This document shows positions 35,694-48,199 of a DNA stretch of 64,000 nt, one piece after another. A program made the position numbers and the translations under genes. Position 1 is the stretch's first letter; each line of letters begins with the position of its first letter. The DNA lies in contig NC_135658.1 in assembly GCF_964188315.1 (NCBI RefSeq), positions 41,850,001 to 41,914,000 of the forward strand, given 5' to 3'. This DNA is from Podarcis muralis. Lineage: Eukaryota. Under the pieces are notes generated by a model. The model was not told where the DNA came from, did not search any database, and saw nothing but the letters and a program-made list of their open reading frames with translations.

Positions 35694-35815
35694 AAAGGGT
35701 GTGGAAGGTTTGGCCCTTCAGATGTTGTTGAACTACAAATCCCATCAGCCTCAGCAAGCATGACCAGGAGTTGTAGTTCAACAACTTCTAGAAGGCCAAA
35801 GGTTCTCCATGCCTG
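35694..35815. mobile_element. hAT MITE related to 6935-7070
   Basis: Palindromic; perfect 8-bp TSD GTCTACAG. Confidence 0.8.
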
Positions 35816-36545
35816 GTCTACAGGACAGATGCAGAACAGAAAAGGGCAGACCACCGCTTCTTGTGGCTTGTAGTTCACAGCTGAAATCACTGAAATGTAT
35901 CACCAATGATCTACATCTCATCCTCTCACTGGCCTTGGAAGCAGGCCTGTACTGGCTTACAGATGGCCCCCTAACCTAAAACTGCTCCTCATCTCCAGCA
36001 AAAAGCCAGTAAAGGTGCAAATCCAGAAACCTGACTTGCAGATCCAGATGTCAACTCTGCAACACGACTTAGTAATTTATTCTACAATTAACAGGGGATC
36101 ATTCACCTGTGCATTTTCCAATGTGATTTTTATAGCAACAATGTCCTGCTGCCTTTTACACACAGCAGACTGGTTTCTATGCAAATGAAAGGGCACAAAT
36201 CTGACATCAGAAATTGTAGTATCTGCAATTGGGATGGGGGTCAGAGGGAGTGGATTTGATGTCCACTCCCACTGGACCAATAGCATATTCCTTTTCACAG
36301 CAAGGAAGCAAGGATGCATTTCATACATCTAATTTTCCCTAAGTTACTTTGACAGATCTATATTCTAGTTGCATGTTTCTTCAGTGCATGACTGTCCTTC
36401 AGACAACTCAATCTAAAATTTGTTTTCATCTCAGTTTAAACAACTTTAGCATTTGAGTTTTCCCTTTCTGCACTTGACAATACCATACTACATTTGGAAC
36501 CACAAAATACAGACAGAACATGTCAAATCAAATTGGAAAGAAGTG

Positions 36546-36551
36546 TTTAAT
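36546..36551 (-). terminator. Candidate MAEL polyadenylation signal ATTAAA
   Basis: About 530 nt after the stop; followed on the minus strand by a GU/U-rich tract (TTCTGTCTGTATTTTGTGG). Confidence 0.5.
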
Positions 36552-37082
36552 TAAACACACAAGCTGGTCTATCATGGTTAAGTTTTAGAAGCTTTCTGTA
36601 CTAAATGACTGAATGTATGTATAACACTTATTAAAAAAAATGTATGTATAACAGCTTATTAAAAAAACATAATTGCAACTGGTTCCTTAGCAAAGGTTTA
36701 CTTCAGTAAGGTACCAGTAGGTGTAAATAGGCTTTGCTCTAAAGAAAAGGCACAACAGAACTTAAAAATCCAGACATCATTTCACAAAGTTGCCCTTCTG
36801 GTTTCATTATCTAATCTCTTATCCTACTGACTTCATTATTTCAAGTTTCTACTAATATTCCTACATACAAAAATAATATTTCACAACTCACAATAACATT
36901 TGTTATTTTAAAAACTTAAATTTTACCCCTTGCAATGGGATTAGAATGGCTTTTTTCATTAAACAAAGATAATATTTAACACATGACAGACCAAGGAAAT
37001 ATAAAGTATTTATATTCCCAACAATGGTGGGAATCATTATATGCAGAGCTGTTCTGAATGGGAGGCACTGTACTACAAATGT

Positions 37083-37186
37083 CTAACTGCTGGACTGCTT
37101 TGAGACGCTCTCCAGAAACCGGGCAATTCCTCTTCCACGCCTAGTTGTTGCTTCACCTGTTGTTTTCACTCCTGAAGGATGCCGAC
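37083..37186 (-). CDS. MAEL: MAEL exon 12 (…RRGRGIARFLESVSKQSSS-stop)
   Basis: TTAG acceptor; conserved RGRGI-R-LES; total CDS 1227 nt = 408 aa + TAG. Confidence 0.92.
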
Positions 37187-38049
37187 CTAAGCAAACAATG
37201 CATGTGTCAATATATAACACAGAAGCCATAATTAAATCTTAATTTACACTCAACACCAACAGCTAGATATTTTCTATCATAAATATCAAAAAATAAGCTC
37301 ACAGGACAGTCACAACAGTTTAAGTGGCTTCTATAAAACTGCTAAGGGAAGTGGAATCACAAGGTTTTGCTCTACCTTCCGAGCAAAGCCTACAGTTTCT
37401 TGCTTTCAATTGAGGCCTTTATAATCATGGAGAACTGATAAAATAGCAAGAGCCACATTTTATTTTATCAAAATAGCCTTGGCACAGTGATCCACACCTA
37501 GTAATCTCCATCTTCGGTACTAAAGCCAAGATTGATACCAAGGTGGGTTAAGCCAAGGTGGGTGTTTTCATGTGGCTAAAGGAGATTGCCCTAGTACAAG
37601 CAACCACTTCTTGAAGCTGCAGCACCGCAGAGAGATCTGTAACAAAAATGGGTGCCGATATTGAGTGCAAGTACTTAGCTGGCACTTGTGGACCTGTTTT
37701 GGAATGCTCATCTCGCAGGCCTCTGGCAATGGGAGCAGTTGTCTACTTTATGCTCCTTGCTTTAGGAAGAAAAGACAGCAGTTGTGACCACAGGATGACA
37801 TGGTGGTTGGTCGTCATGGAGGAAGTTTGCTGCCACAAGTTGAGCACTTAATGTACACTATGGCATTCAGCAAGTATTCAGATGGCACAGACTATAGAAT
37901 TAAACAGGTAAAATGTGGGGGGGGGGGAATGAAGATGGGGGTAGAAAGAGCCTTGCTTCTCTACTGATGAGTTTGAAGGAGGAAAGTTTTGAAGTTGCAG
38001 CTGTGGTGATCAACAAGGTCTTGGGACCATGTAACACCAGTCTTTAAGC

Positions 38050-38300
38050 ATTGGCATTGGCTGCCAATTAGCTACCGAGTCAAATTCAAGGTCTTAGTCT
38101 CCACAGACTAAGCATTTTAAGGCCTAGGACCCAGTTACCTGAAAGACTATCTTCCTCCTCAAGTCTGTAACTTGAGATCTCCTAGTGTCTTGACAGCAAG
38201 ACTACTCAGTTTTAACACCCCCGTTTTGAAATTCACTTCCCTTGGAAATTCATTTGGTGCCAAACCTACAGTTTTAGATGCCAACTTTTGTCAGGCCCTT
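38050..38300 (+). mobile_element. Decayed L2 fragment
   Basis: CATTGGCTGCCAATT...TTCAAGGTC (HWLPI..R..FK) signature. Confidence 0.55.
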
Positions 38301-38724
38301 TATGCATAATATGCTTGTTATCAAGGAAGGTAAGTAACTTGACGGTTTAACTGATTTTAATATTCAACTAAATAAAATCAATGCAGAATCTGCCATGAGG
38401 TCTACAAAGGACAGTATATAAATGATAAAAGTAAGTTATAACGTGAGTGGAGGAGCAACTCACTCAAGGAGAATGCCTTCTTAAAATTTTAGCCAGAATC
38501 ACTGTAGAGAAATTCTGTGACTGTTTAAACATACCACAAGCTTCATTACATTTCCTTTATGCAGATGTTTTAGTGGTAGACTACAGTCAGCAGGATCACT
38601 CAAAACTCCAGAAAAGAATCAGGAAAGAATGTGTTGGACTTAACAGTATACAGGCACATTTTCTTTGACAGACATGCAGGTGTGAAACACTAGTAATGAT
38701 TCTAACAGCAACTCGTTTTCATTA

Positions 38725-39005
38725 CAGTGGTGCCCCGCAAGACGAATGCCTTGCAAGACGAAAAACTCGCTAGACGAAAGGGTTTTCCGTTTTTTGAGTC
38801 GTTCCGCAAGACGAATTTCCCTATGGGCTTGCTTCGCAAGACGAAACGTCTTGCGAGTTCTTGCGAGTTTGTTTCCTTTTTCTTAAAGCCGCTAAGCCGT
38901 TAATAGCCGCTAAGCGCCGCTAATAGCCGTGCTTCGCAAGACGAAAAAACCGCAAGACGAAGAGACTCACGGAACGGATTAATTTCGTCTTGAGAGGCAC
39001 CACTG
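38725..39005. mobile_element. Tc1-mariner/pogo-type MITE (GCAAGACGAA-repeat family)
   Basis: TIR CAGTGGTGCC; TA TSD; CpG-rich; 35 nt from the MAEL exon 11 donor. Confidence 0.88.
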
Positions 39006-39039
39006 TACGTTTAATTTTCCAACATAGATAATCACTCAC

Positions 39040-39121
39040 CAGTACAAGAGGCAGCACCTAGTTCCTCATTAAGAGATTGGAAGTACCTTTCATTTCCAGT
39101 GCGCTCAGCAGCCCTCATTTT
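39040..39121 (-). CDS. MAEL: MAEL exon 11 (KMRAAERTG...AASCT)
   Basis: TTACAG acceptor, G|GTGAGT donor, 82 nt; phase fits exons 10 and 12. Confidence 0.85.
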
Positions 39122-39445
39122 CTGTAATGCAAAAAAGACAAGATCACCCACACAGATATATTCTTTCACTGACTCATTCACCAGGTTTTCAGGACATCCT
39201 TGTATACAAAGAAAAGATGGATATAGTGCATAAGGAATATCTGTCTAATGTGCCTATTGATGGATGTATTAATATTCTGCACATAATTAAACAGACATAT
39301 TGGTCAAATAAAAGTGTTTGTAAAATATAATTATATCATTATTTTTGAGCATATATCATGATTACATCCTACATTTCCAAGTACACTCCAGAAATGTTAC
39401 CGATAAGATATAGAAGAACAAATCTGTTAAATGAACAAGGCTGAC

Positions 39446-39578
39446 CTGGAAACGTCCAGCATCCAGAACCACCATTTTAGGATTTGCTGTGCTTTGGGAG
39501 TCCTTCTCACTCAAGGGTAAGTGAGATGCAGTCAGCTGGACACAATACATATTGGCCAAGGAATTGCTGATACAGTAT
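39446..39578 (-). CDS. MAEL: MAEL exon 10 (YCISNSLA...PKMVVLDAGRFQ)
   Basis: 133 nt; conserved YCISNSLA and PKMVVLDAGR. Confidence 0.97.
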
Positions 39579-40050
39579 CTATATTGGACAGAAAAACACC
39601 AACATGAAGATGTGTTATCATTTCCACGAGCTGAACAGAAATTTAAAAACTACATACTACTGACAATATACTGCACCAAGACCATGGATACAGGAACATA
39701 ATTTGTGATAGGAGGCATTGGTTGAACTGCAGGGGCGCAACCAACTTGGGTGAGCTAAAGAAGGAAAATCAGCCAGGAGGCAATAAAAAGCCGTTCCTTT
39801 TAGCAACTTCTTCCAAGCGAATAGCAGCAGGAGCCTACAGAAACTGGGACCTCAAGAACCCCTCTGCCATGAGCAGAGACTATAACCTCCCAAACAACTA
39901 CTTGTAAGTGAGGCCCAGGTTATTAAATTGCAGGTATCAGCCTATCAGAGACAGCAGAAAGGGGAAGATCTTTTGAGTTGTCTGAGAGACAAGTTGCTGC
40001 TTCTCAAGCCCCTTCTAGTTAAGGCCTTGGGCAACCAGTTTGGATGAACC

Positions 40051-40052
<2 letters not shown>

Positions 40053-40090
<38 letters not shown>
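40053..40090. repeat. (GT)19 microsatellite
   Basis: Perfect dinucleotide run. Confidence 0.97.
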
Positions 40091-40092
<2 letters not shown>

Positions 40093-40544
40093 AAACTGGT
40101 CTCTGCATATGTGTGGCACATCCTCCTCCAAAATAAATAAACCACAACAAAGTTTGCAAATGCAAGGTAAAAAAATTCTTCCTCATGAAATATACTCAAA
40201 ATTCAGAGACCTTTTTGGTGACAATGCAAACCTGAAGTTTTTCCCAACTGACCTCTCTAGTAAGTGACACTTGGAAAACTTAATCAGAAAGAAATAGATT
40301 TTATTTTATTTGGATCTTTAAAATTCCTTTCTTCCTATAATAGCAGAAGTGCCACAAAATCACATCAGTTGCTCCTTCATTCAAATGCAGCCGACAAAAT
40401 GCCTACTAAAGAATATCCAAAAGAACCAACAGGTTATACTTGAAAGAGACAAGACGACCCCAGACATTGTATATTAAACTAATGTCCAAAATAGTTTTAA
40501 GATGCAAAAACATTCTAACATATTCACTGTATTTTCATACTCAC

Positions 40545-40607
40545 GCAATTTTCTTGCAAGTAGCCAGAGCACAGAACACTACATCGTTTTCTTCATGCCA
40601 CTTGCAC
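40545..40607 (-). CDS. MAEL: MAEL exon 9 (RCKWHEENDVVFCALATCKKIA)
   Basis: 63 nt; carries the Cys/His/Cys of the MAEL-specific ECHC motif. Confidence 0.97.
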
Positions 40608-40652
40608 CTAAGTAGAAATAATACTTTCATCATGAATGTCGAGTTTCAAATA

Positions 40653-40838
40653 CAGTGGTACCTCGGGTTAAGTACTTAATTTGTACGGAGGTCCCTACTT
40701 AACCCAAAATTGTTCTTAACCTGAAGCTAATGGGGCCTCCCGCTGCGCCGCCGGAGCACGATTTCTGTTCTCATCCTGAAGCAAAGTTCTTAACCCGAGG
40801 TACTATTTCTGGGTTAGCGGAGTCTGTAACCTGAAGCG
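40653..40838. mobile_element. MITE family A, copy 3 (one end lost), MAEL intron 8
   Basis: Left TIR intact; opposite orientation to copies 4 and 5. Confidence 0.82.
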
Positions 40839-41203
40839 GTTTTTAACCAAATTTTACTCAAGAGCAGACCTATTGAAATTAATGAACCAAACACAAGCAT
40901 ATTCATCAATTTCAATAAGTCTAAACATTACTTTAATGTCTCAAACTCTTTTCTGAACTGAGTGCAAGGCTTTAGATTAGCATTCAACATGCACGCTTAT
41001 AGCACCATAATTTATTTGTACCCCACGCATCAGACTGGGTTGCCCCAGACACTAAGCCATAGTTTTGTGTAATGTACAACTATGGAGAATCTGTCAATCA
41101 CATTTTTTCCTGCTCATAACAGACTCTCATCTCATAGTAGTCAAGTCACTGTGGTTCAGGGAGGTACAGCAGTTATTATGATTTTTAGAGCTAGATATTA
41201 TAC

Positions 41204-41345
41204 CTAGTATTGCTGGAGTAATCCCACATGGAGGCATCCAGAGAGTTACACACCCATGCCTTGGAAGGCTCCTTTTGAAGCTTCTGATAATACAGCTCCA
41301 CAACAAGGTCTTCCACACAGAGACTCTCCAGATTATTAACTGTGC
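41204..41345 (-). CDS. MAEL: MAEL exon 8 (VEDLVVELY...KEPSKAW...MWDYSSNT)
   Basis: 142 nt; conserved EPSK-W and MWDYSSNTR. Confidence 0.97.
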
Positions 41346-41431
41346 CTATTATAAAAAAGTAAGTTTTAGGAGCAGCAGAGACTGTATCTAAATATTAACT
41401 TATTTCCTGTTGTAAAGGAAAATTTTCTTAC

Positions 41432-41486
41432 CCACTTCTCTAGCCATATGCTGCAGGCACCAGTTGACCCTAAACTGGTCAGAAGA
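41432..41486 (-). CDS. MAEL: MAEL exon 7 (SSDQFRVNWCLQHMAREV)
   Basis: 55 nt; conserved RVNWCL-HMA. Confidence 0.95.
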
Positions 41487-42050
41487 CTGCAAAAGAAGTT
41501 TTAAGTATACATTATACAATCAAATCAACAGAATTAATAAATCTATACTATATATTCTTATTATAAGACCTCTATGGTTAAGGTTTCCTGATATGCGAGA
41601 AAACTGTTATTCTTGATAAGGGCTCCAACACCGAAACAGGAATTTTTCCTGTCTACAGCTGTTTGGTACATAATCTGACCAAAGCTAAAAGAACTGTCCA
41701 TAGGTATTTGGTCTGCCTTGGAGAAGCAACAATTCAGGAATACAACTCTACGCTCTTTTAGGTTGAATGTAGACACCATTTTGTACAAACGAAATATCCT
41801 TAAGGAAAGGCCTCAAAACTGGAAATCTTTATGTGAAGCCCTTATGCTATAGAGATTGTCAATGGACAGCTTAAAAGTTAAAACATCTGTGTACTCCAAC
41901 CTTACTTGAGGTGAGGTCACCTATATTTTTATACACACACACCACAGCTAACCAGGGAAAAGGCTAACTGAAGCATGTGGGTAGAGATTTTTGTTCTGAG
42001 TTCTTCTGAAAAGCAGAGAGCCATTAAAGTCTAAAAATGTTACATTATAC

Positions 42051-42178
42051 CTTACAATACACAGGTGGCCAGGCGCCCCACCGTGGCTGAATAAATGAGT
42101 ATAGCTCACGTAACACAACGGAATGATTTGCAGTTACAAGCTCAAAGCCAGATAGGGGAATCCTATGTGTAGCATCAC
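42051..42178 (-). CDS. MAEL: MAEL exon 6 (DATHRIPLSGFE...WPPVYCK)
   Basis: 128 nt, AG/GT sites, phase consistent. Confidence 0.95.
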
Positions 42179-43146
42179 CTAAAAGAAAATCAAAGTGCCT
42201 TATTAGGGCTTTTCAGAAGAAACACCTCATTTCACACGCATTTGTACTTTTAACTTTAGTTACAGTTCGCAGGATTAATATATCAGTTTCACTAAAAACA
42301 CCTAAATATATCATTCAAGAACTTGTCTGTGTTTTATTCAAGTATTTTATCATTGCAACAACACTGTGAGATAGGGTTTATCACCAATGTAAAGGAACAG
42401 TGTTAGACACAAGATGTCTAGTTGAGCCAAGTGCAGGTCAGTCAAGGCCTGTCAATGGTTGAACTTCACTAGCTGTCTAGAAAGGTAAATGATTACCCAA
42501 GGATCCTATTTATTTACATGCGTTTATAGCCTGCCATTCACCAGCAGTCCTAAGGCAGGGGTATTCAAGAATTGAACTACTCTGTGTAAAATATCACTGA
42601 AGCAGAGATTAGGGCAAACCAGACAGCAAACACCACTAACACAGCAGTCCAGATACTTTAATTTCATCTTCCATCCCCAAAGATTTGGGCAAGGTGGTGT
42701 ATGCAATGTCTAACCATTATTATCTGGAAACACAAGTGAGTGACTGAAACCTAAATGAATGCATGAATATGAGTCCAGTTAAGAGCATAACTTCAACATG
42801 TTACTTGGGAAGACATACTAAGCTTTGTTACGGAAACAGGCCCATACAGTTGTTTAAAACTGTTCTTTAATTTTTTTATTGAGTAGCCAGTCCTTTTAAA
42901 GATTGCTTTGTCCTTCTTTTAATAGTTTGTGTTTTTATACTGTTGTATATTGCTCTGATATTTTATGAGGGTGATATAAAAATATTTTGTATAAATAATA
43001 ATAAACAAAATACAAATAAAATGCCATAGGATATCTGGCATAAAAACCGTTCTTTAAAATAATTAAAAAATAATTGGAAGACTATATGTGGGTCATAAAA
43101 AAATGCTGCCAATCCATAGGTTTCACATCTCTTGCCCAATACCTAC

Positions 43147-43188
43147 TTGCTGTCTGGCAATGAAAGCGAAATCCCCTTGGCACCTCTC
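43147..43188 (-). CDS. MAEL: MAEL exon 5 (GEVPRGFRFHCQTAS)
   Basis: 42 nt; highly conserved PRGFRFHCQ. Confidence 0.97.
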
Positions 43189-43625
43189 CTGCAAAAGACC
43201 AAAAAGAACTCAGGCTTATGCAATACCAAGCTGTCTGTAGGATTGCATGGTTATAATACACCATTTTCCGCTTTCCTACAGAATAGTAAATCAGTGTCCA
43301 AATACTCATCTAGAAGTACAATTTTATTTCTTTATAATGTATCTTTCGTAACACAGAGATTAAAAATGCACAACATACGAACATACTGATTTGGGCAGTT
43401 CATGTCTTCTGCTGACACAAGGAATGTTTCCAGTTAAGTTTCATTTATTCATTAAGTAATGCTGTCATTGTGGCTTTGTCCACTATATGAAGCCATTTTT
43501 ATTTTTTCATAGTGCAAGAATGCATACAAATAAACTGTCCTGGACAAACAGAATCCTGCATATCTTCTCCCCCCCCCCCCCCCAGGGAAAGACAAATTTC
43601 ATCTCTTCTGATTCCAAAAGCTCAC

Positions 43626-43781
43626 CAGGATCTAAAAAATGATGAAACTCTGCAATTATGCCGTCTTTTAGTGAATACTTCACACATCCAATTTCGCAAG
43701 GAAGGAAACGTTGTTTGCAATGAGAGGGTAGAACTCCATGGCTGAAGATATTCAGGTAGAAGAATGTGGTTTCAAGTACAA
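43626..43781 (-). CDS. MAEL: MAEL exon 4 (FFYLNIFSHG...RFLPCEIGCVKYSL...HFLDP)
   Basis: 156 nt, AG/GT sites; start of MAEL domain with the conserved PCEIG Glu. Confidence 0.97.
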
Positions 43782-43821
43782 CTGAAACAAGATTTTGTAT
43801 TAAGAATATTAGTGGAGAGTA

Positions 43822-44047
43822 CAGTGGTACCTCAGGTTACATACGCTTCAGGTTACAGACTCCGCCAACCCAGAAATAATGCTTCAGGTTAAGAACTTTG
43901 CTTCGGGATGAGAACAGAAATTGTGCTCCGGTGGTGCGGCAGCAGGAGGAGGCCCCATTAGCTAAAGTGGTGCTTCAGGTTAAGAACAGTTTCAGGTTAA
44001 CTACAGACCTCCGGAACGAATTAAGTACTTAACCCGAGGTACCACTG
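43822..44047. mobile_element. MITE family A, copy 4, MAEL intron 3
   Basis: Both TIRs and TA TSD; 41 nt from the exon 4 acceptor. Confidence 0.9.
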
Positions 44048-45068
44048 TATTTGTTTATTATTACTATAACAAAAAAGTAAAATAGTTGGAGTAAAATGTA
44101 CACCTATAGCACTGAAAAAAAAATCATGAAACTAAGTCACTTACCTGCAACTCCAATTTCCAGGCAACCCTCAACCAGACTAGGACTGCATGCACATTAT
44201 AACTTTAAAGCACATTTCCCCTCTCAAAGAATTCTGGGCACTGTAGTTTATCTCTCACAGTTAGAATTCCCAGCAACTTGTAGCAAACTAGTGTCCTTGA
44301 GAGGGGAAACAGGATTTAAAGAGGTAATGTAGCCAAGTTTTGAATTGTCATGTGGTGTTCCACCCCCAACCTGCTACAGCCACAACAGTCTGCTTATAAC
44401 GATGCAGCAATCTCAGATTATAAAACCAAGGCTAATATCATTCTTTATAATACAAAAGTGGTTAAGAAACCTCAGATAAGACAGTGTCTACATTGAAAAA
44501 GTGGTCAACAGTGGTCCACTCCCCACAAAGTAGTAGACATTATCTGTTTAATTACGTATGTTTTTTGGCAGTTGAGTAACAATGGATGCCATCTCAAAAT
44601 ATAGTTTTCTGGTAGACCAGAGACTACATTTTCCCTGAGTTGAGCCTAAAAACATCACAGAAACTTGTCTGGGATGTTGAGATGCAACCTCAGAACTCAC
44701 AAAGCCACTGCTGACACCAAGAGAATTGGAAAGTGTCATCTTAGATCGAATGCTTTAAATGTGTCGGTGAATCCTATGTAATACTAGAAAACTCATTCTG
44801 TTAAATTTATTCTGTATGGATCCCTACGCATTCCACATTACACCACCCATGCACTAGGGGAAGTATTACAGGCTTGAGGAAAGCCTGGGTTTGCAAAAGT
44901 ACAAAAAACCAAAATCACACCATCTTTACATATCAACTGGTGGCTAGTCACAGGCAGTGAATCCTTCTAAACCTGCTTAGCAAACTTTCAGCTACTCCCT
45001 TAGTTACTGAATGACGTTTTATCCTGCTTTGCAGTCAAAGAAAACCTCCAAAGTGGCTTACAAATCAC

Positions 45069-47642
45069 CATTGAAGGAAGTCTGCAACGAAATTTTGGAG
45101 GGGAAGAAGGCACCCGAATCGTGGAAAGAAGCGTACATCACACTTATACCAAAAACTGAGACTGAGAAGAACCAGGTTAAGAACTACCGCCCTATATCAT
45201 TACTCAATGTGGATTACAAAATTTTTGCAGACATTTTGGCAAAAAGATTGAAAAGGGTATTGGTTGGAGAGATTCATAAGGACCAAGCAGGCTTTCTCCC
45301 AGGTAGACATTTGTCAGACAATGTGAGAAACATAATAGACATTATGGAATTATTAGAAACCAGTATTAATACTAAAGCAGTATTAATATTTGTGGATGCG
45401 GAGAAAGCCTTTGACAATATTTCTTGGAGTTTTATGAAAAAGAATCTACAAGGGATGGGGGTAGGCCAAGGTTTTGAGAATGGTATAGGTGCAATTTATT
45501 CTGAGCAAAAAGCAAAGTTAATTGTAAATAATGTGGTAACTGAAGAATTTAATATTGAAAAAGGGACACGACAGGGGTGCCCAATATCCCCACTACTTTT
45601 TATATCTGTCTTGGAGGTTTTGTTGAATATGATCAGAGGGGACCAGCTGATTAAAGGGATTCAGGTCGGAGCTAAACAGTACAAACTGAGAGCGTTTGCA
45701 GATGACCTGGTATTGACTTTACAGGAGCCAGACACTAGTACGAAAAGAGTTTTAGAATTAATTCAAATATTTGGTCAAGTAGCAGGCTTTAAGTTGAACA
45801 AGCAGAAAGCGAAAGTACTGGAGAAAAATTTAACAGCTCCGGAAAGAGAGAGGTTTCATAGCGAAACTGGTTTAACGGTAGCAAAGAAAGTGAAATACCT
45901 GGGGGTTAACTTGACGTCTAAGAATGTGAATTTATTTAAAGACAATTATGAGAAATGTTGGACAGAAATTAAGAAAGATTTAGAAATATGGTCAAATTTG
46001 AGACTTTCCTTGTTAGGCCGAATTGCTGTTATCAAGATGAATGTTTTGCCAAGAATGCTGTTTTTATTTCAAACATTGCAGATTTTGGATAAAATGGACT
46101 GTTTCAAGAGGTGGCAGAAAGATATATCTAAATTTGTCTGGCAGGGCAAAAAGCCCAGAATAAAATTTAAGATATTAACTGACGCAAAAGAAAGAGGGGG
46201 GTTTGCCCTGCCGGACTTAAAACTATATTATGAATCAGCGGCTTTCTGCTGGTTGAAGGATTGGCTACTCCTTGAGAACACGGACATTTTAGATCTGGAA
46301 GGTTTTAATAACAGGTTTGGTTGGTATGCATATATATGGTATGACAAGGTAAAATCTCATAAAGGTTTTAAAAACCACATTGTTAGGAAAGCACTATATA
46401 ATGTCTGGACTTGATATAAAGACTTGCTGGAAAACAAAACCCCTAGGTGGCTGTCACCAATGGAGGCTAAGGAAGTAAAAAAACTTAATATGGAATCTAA
46501 ATGGCCAAAATATTGTGAAATTCTAGAACAAGAAGGTGGAAAAGTGAAATTACAGAGCTATGAGAATTTGAAGTTTAAAGTAAGAGATTGGCTTCATTGC
46601 CTTCAGATAAATGAGGTATTCAAACAGGACAGGAAAATTGGCTTCCAGGTGGAGAGATCAAAATTAGAAACGGAATTGTTAGAACCCAATACCAAGAATT
46701 TGTCAAGAATGTATAACTTGCTGTTGAAGTGGAATACACAAGATGAAACAGTCAAATCAGCTATGATTAAGTGGGCACAAGACATTGGTCATGACATTAT
46801 GTTTGCTGACTGGGAACAGTTATGGACCACCGGTATAAAGTTCACGGCATGTAATGCCTTAAGAGAGAATATTATGAAAATGATTTATAGGTGGTACATG
46901 ACCCCAGTCAAGCTTGCAAAAATTTATCATTTGCCCAATAATAAATGCTGGAAATGTAATGAGACTGAAGGTACTTTTTATCACCTTTGGTGGACGTGCC
47001 CGAGGATTAAGGCCTTCTGGGAAATGATTTATAACGAAATTAAGAAGGTCCTTAAATGTACCTTTCACAAGAAACCAGAGGCCTTTCTCCTGGGCATGGT
47101 TGGCCAATTGGTGTCAAGGAAGGATAGGATGTTTTTTATGTATTCTACAACAGCAGCAAGAGTTCTTTTAGCAAAGTATTGGAAGACACAAGAACTACCC
47201 ACGCTGGAAGAATGGCAGATGAAGGTGATTGACTACATGGGACTGGCTGAGATGACTGGCAGAATCCGTGACCAAGGAAAAGAGACGGTGGAAGAAGACT
47301 GGAAGAAGTACAAAGATTATCTTAAGAATTGTTATAAAATTAATGAGTGTTAAAATGTCAAGGGTATTGGAAAAAATAGAATTACAGCTGTAAATGATTG
47401 GGTAAGAGAGGTAGGATCAAAGAAAGCGAACAATATGTTAATGAAGTGAGGGGTTGCTGAGAAAATCTTAAAATAGGGATGCAGAAAAGGGAGGCATGGG
47501 GAAGTCGGTGAAACAAGCTTAAGAAAAGGAGGTTATGAAATTATACGTGTTTATATGTCTTTTGTTTGTTTGTGTATTGTGAAGTGTATTGTGTTTATTT
47601 TATGTTGGAAAATTAATAAAAAAATTTATAAAAAAAACAAAA
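45069..47642 (+). mobile_element. 5'-truncated young L1 in MAEL intron 3 (antisense to MAEL)
   Basis: YRPISLLNVDYK, QGCPISPLLF, FADD, CWKC..H..C; one in-frame TGA at 46412-46414; AATAAA 47615 and A-tail; perfect 20-bp TSD CAAAGTGGCTTACAAATCAC (45049-45068, 47643-47662). Confidence 0.96.
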
Positions 47643-48199
47643 CAAAGTGGCTTACAAATCACTACCAAAAAAAGTGCCTTGCAGACAGCCATGCAGGCAT
47701 AACCAGAGAAGTCACCAGGAGATTTTGGATGTTTTATACATTTGGAGAGGGAAGAACGGATGATTTAAAAGCAGTGCCATGTGCCAGTAACTGCAACATT
47801 GCTTGTAAAATGATGAGTCATTGTCACAAATATGCTGCAGTTGAGTGTCACTCAAAAAAAATGCATAAGCAGTTGGAATATCTGGGAGAACTAGAACTAC
47901 TTGCCCATGTTAAGAACTACTTCATGGGTCACCATAACCATCAGACCAAAGCAAGTTGCTTGTACCATAAGCATCAGAAGGACCAAAATGTCATGGACAC
48001 AAAATGCTGCTCCTGAATATTCCAATGAACTTTTTGATCAAGACATGTAGACAACAACTCTTAAGGATTACATTGGGCTTCAATAACTTATTGTTTCAAC
48101 ATCAAATCCTGTAGCAGCTTTAGTTTCTTATTTGGAGTCCCCACTCCCAATACTCTATCACCCACTGCCTCTATTCCATCAGGTTCAGTACTTTCACCT

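Noticed and set aside
45011-45068. ATG at 45011 as the start of L1 ORF2
   Set aside because: The first 19 codons are flank plus TSD; the element is 5'-truncated and has no endonuclease domain
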